Source: Octopus bimaculoides (Eukaryota). Taken from it: a stretch of DNA of 64,000 bases. Under the pieces are notes generated by a model. That model saw only the letters and a list, made by a program, of their open reading frames with translations. It searched no databases and was not told the DNA's origin. Numbering within the stretch: the stretch's first letter is position 1; the number at the start of each line of letters is the position of its first letter. Both the position numbers and the translations under genes were made by a program. Location of the stretch: the NCBI RefSeq assembly GCF_001194135.2, contig NC_068990.1:57469518-57533517 (forward strand), written 5' to 3'. Below are positions 61,586-64,000 of the stretch, piece by piece.

Positions 61586-61764
61586 AACAGAAATTATAAC
61601 CAGCACTGATTTTTGCTTCAATGCTTCATATTCACGACATCAGATCTAAACAAACAATATAATCAAAGATCCTGTTTTCATCTTCGATCTCATTATTTGT
61701 TTGCATCCGGCATCTCAGATACAAAACAGCATAACAAAAATCAGTGCTGGCTATAATTTCTATT
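61586..61764. repeat. Imperfect ~180-bp inverted repeat (MITE-like)
   Basis: aacagaaattataaccagcactgattttt vs aaaaatcagtgctggctataatttctatt, with weaker inner pairing. Confidence 0.7.
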
Positions 61765-61772
61765 AGAAAGTG

Positions 61773-61842
<70 letters not shown>

Positions 61843-61846
<4 letters not shown>

Positions 61847-62058
61847 CTTTATTGCCCACAGGGGGGCTAAACACAGAGGGGACAAACATGCGGATTAAGT
61901 CAATTACATCGACCTCAGTGTGTAACTGGTACTTATTTAATCAACCCCGAAAGGATGAAAGGCAAAGTCGACCTCGGTGGAGTTTGAACTCAGAACGTAA
62001 TGGCAGACGAAATACCGCTGAGCATTTCACTCAGCGTGTTAATAATTCTGCCAGCTCG
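61843..62058 (-). mobile_element. SINE family D (young)
   Basis: High similarity to the reverse complement of 21443-21679. Confidence 0.88.
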
Positions 62059-62169
62059 TCTATATATATAATACAATAGACAGAAAAAGGATGAAGAGAT
62101 GAAGACATGAGGTAGAACAGTAGATGTAGACTTGACATGAACATATGGATAAGGTATTGAGATATGTGC

Positions 62170-62990
62170 TTACACAATACACTTTCAGTTTCCATCTCTA
62201 TCAACATTTTAACATCAGTTTCTCCATCCTTGTATGGATGGGCAAGTCTTTTGAAACCTTGCATCTCTCTAGTCATCTCAAACTTTGTCATCTCTTTAAT
62301 GAGGCACAAAATCCTGAGATCAGTCTTCACCACATATTGTGAAATCTCTGTCTTCCTTAAATTCCAACAACAATAAGTGATAAGCACTTTTTTAAACAAC
62401 TGTGTTCATCCATATATATATCACATACATCTAACAATGCAGTTTCCTCTCTTGCAAAAATGTAACTCCTCTTATGCTCAGATTTTCTCTTAACACTTTT
62501 ATATTCTGTCATTCATGCATATTGGCATTGCACATTCAATAGAGCAGGTTTGCTTAATTTCTTCCTAGTTTTTGCAGGTCCTCTGTACTCAGTGCCCATG
62601 TCTCTCGACTGTATAGCATTGTGGTTTGTACACAAGCAACATACAATCTGCCCTTCCCTCTCAAGGAGAAGACCTTGTTGTCGAAAGAGGTAATAGATCC
62701 TTAAACTTTTTCGACATGTTCATAACTTGGCTACTATCCTTTCAGAACATCCTTTTCTATGGCTAACTACATCGTCTAGGTTACAGAAGCTATCAACAAC
62801 TTCTATGGATCCTCCCAAGCATTTGAGAGAATCTGTTTTCATATGCTATTTGTTTTTTATTGCTGCTGTGCATCTGCCACATATAAAGTCTGCTTACTCT
62901 GTTAACCTGTTCGTGATTCCACTGTACCTCTTGTGAGTCCATTGTTTGCAGAAGATGCCACATGAGGAATTCATCTCTACTCATTTTCTA
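62170..62990 (-). mobile_element. Decayed RTE-clade LINE (post-RT region to 3' end)
   Basis: Minus-strand remnants: LGGSIEVVDSFCNL, KGR/DCMLL...QTTMLY-like segment, and VVKTDLRILCLIKEMTK, matching the RTE C-terminus seen at 10893-11096. Confidence 0.75.
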
Positions 62991-63013
62991 CATATTGAGA
63001 AAGGTCATTTTCC

Positions 63014-63405
63014 TTACTCTTTTACTTGTTTCAGTCATTTGACTTCGGTCATGCTGCAGCACCGCCTTTAATCGAGCAAATCGACCCCAGGACTTATTCT
63101 TTGTAAGCCTAGCACTTATTCTATCGGTTTCTTTTGCCGAACTGCTAAGTGACGGGGACATAAACACATCAGCATCGGTTGTCAAGCAATGCTAGGGGGA
63201 CAAACACAGACACACAAACACACATATATATACATACATATATACGACGGGTGTCTTTCAGTTTCCGTCTACCAAATCCACTCACAAGGCTTTGGTCGGC
63301 ATGAGGCTATAGTAGAAGACACTTGCCCAAGATGCCACGCAGTGGGACTGAACCCAGAACCATGTGGTTGGTAAGCAAGCTACTTACCCCACAGCCACTC
63401 CTGCG
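63014..63405 (-). mobile_element. SINE family A (young)
   Basis: Near-identical to 7671-8076. Confidence 0.9.
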
Positions 63406-64000
63406 TGATAACTTTCCCCCAACTGATAGCACCTCTATGTATAGCTTGTATTAGACTCAAAAGCCATTCATCTACATTTTGTTTCCTCAGCAACAATCAG
63501 GTTAAGGAGTGAGAGACCCCACCCCACCCTGAAGTTTTATTCACAGGTTAACAAATACTAGGTATAGCAACTTAATCCTGGTTCATGTGTTTCTCATGCA
63601 GTTGCTTCAATAGGAAGATGTAATCAGTAGTATTTCTTCCTGGCACAGAACTGAACTGCATCACATCTACACTAACTCTCTTCCATATCAATTGAGCTAT
63701 AACTGTTTCCATTCATCTCACAGTCTGGTACAGTAATTTAACACAGACACAAACATACACACATATATATATAGTGGAAGCCGCTTACTACAATCACAGT
63801 TATTATTAACTGTTATTGCTATCAAATGGTTATTGTTATCAACAAGGCTCTGTATCAAAGAGACTACTCTAAGTAGCTTACACTCTGCATGTTGATGTAT
63901 ATGTGTGAGCATATATGTATACATGTGTATATACATACATGCATACATACATACATATAAATGTCCACACACACACACACATGCATGTGTATGTGTATGT

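Overview
AT-rich, microsatellite-saturated eukaryotic DNA from a gapped draft assembly (about ten large N gaps, mostly flanked by (TA)n). The repeat content (abundant tRNA-derived CORE-type SINEs, RTE, CR1 and R4/Dong LINE remnants, Tc1/mariner remnants) suggests a coleoid cephalopod, probably Octopus. That assignment is inferred from pattern recognition, not a database search. I found no intact protein-coding gene, rRNA, genuine tRNA or CRISPR array, and nearly all ORF-track entries are microsatellite, N-gap or decayed-TE artefacts. The window reads as intergenic or large-intron sequence. Structures worth follow-up: (1) three divergent R4/Dong-like elements stacked head-to-tail in and around (TAA)n tracts at 36.9-42.4 kb; (2) five long fold-back/inverted-repeat elements packed into 8.3-15.2 kb, including a ~680-bp near-palindrome, a mariner derivative built from two 5' ends, and a TTAA-flanked Kolobok-like MITE; (3) a lone CpG-rich island at 23.55-23.75 kb; (4) a run of well-formed minus-strand splice-site pairs at 18.3-19.75 kb that may be exons of an unannotated transcript; (5) modular, tail-swapping SINEs and inverted SINE pairs that would form dsRNA if transcribed. 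Coordinates were counted by eye, and TE boundaries may be off by roughly 10-20 bp unless a TSD or TIR is quoted.
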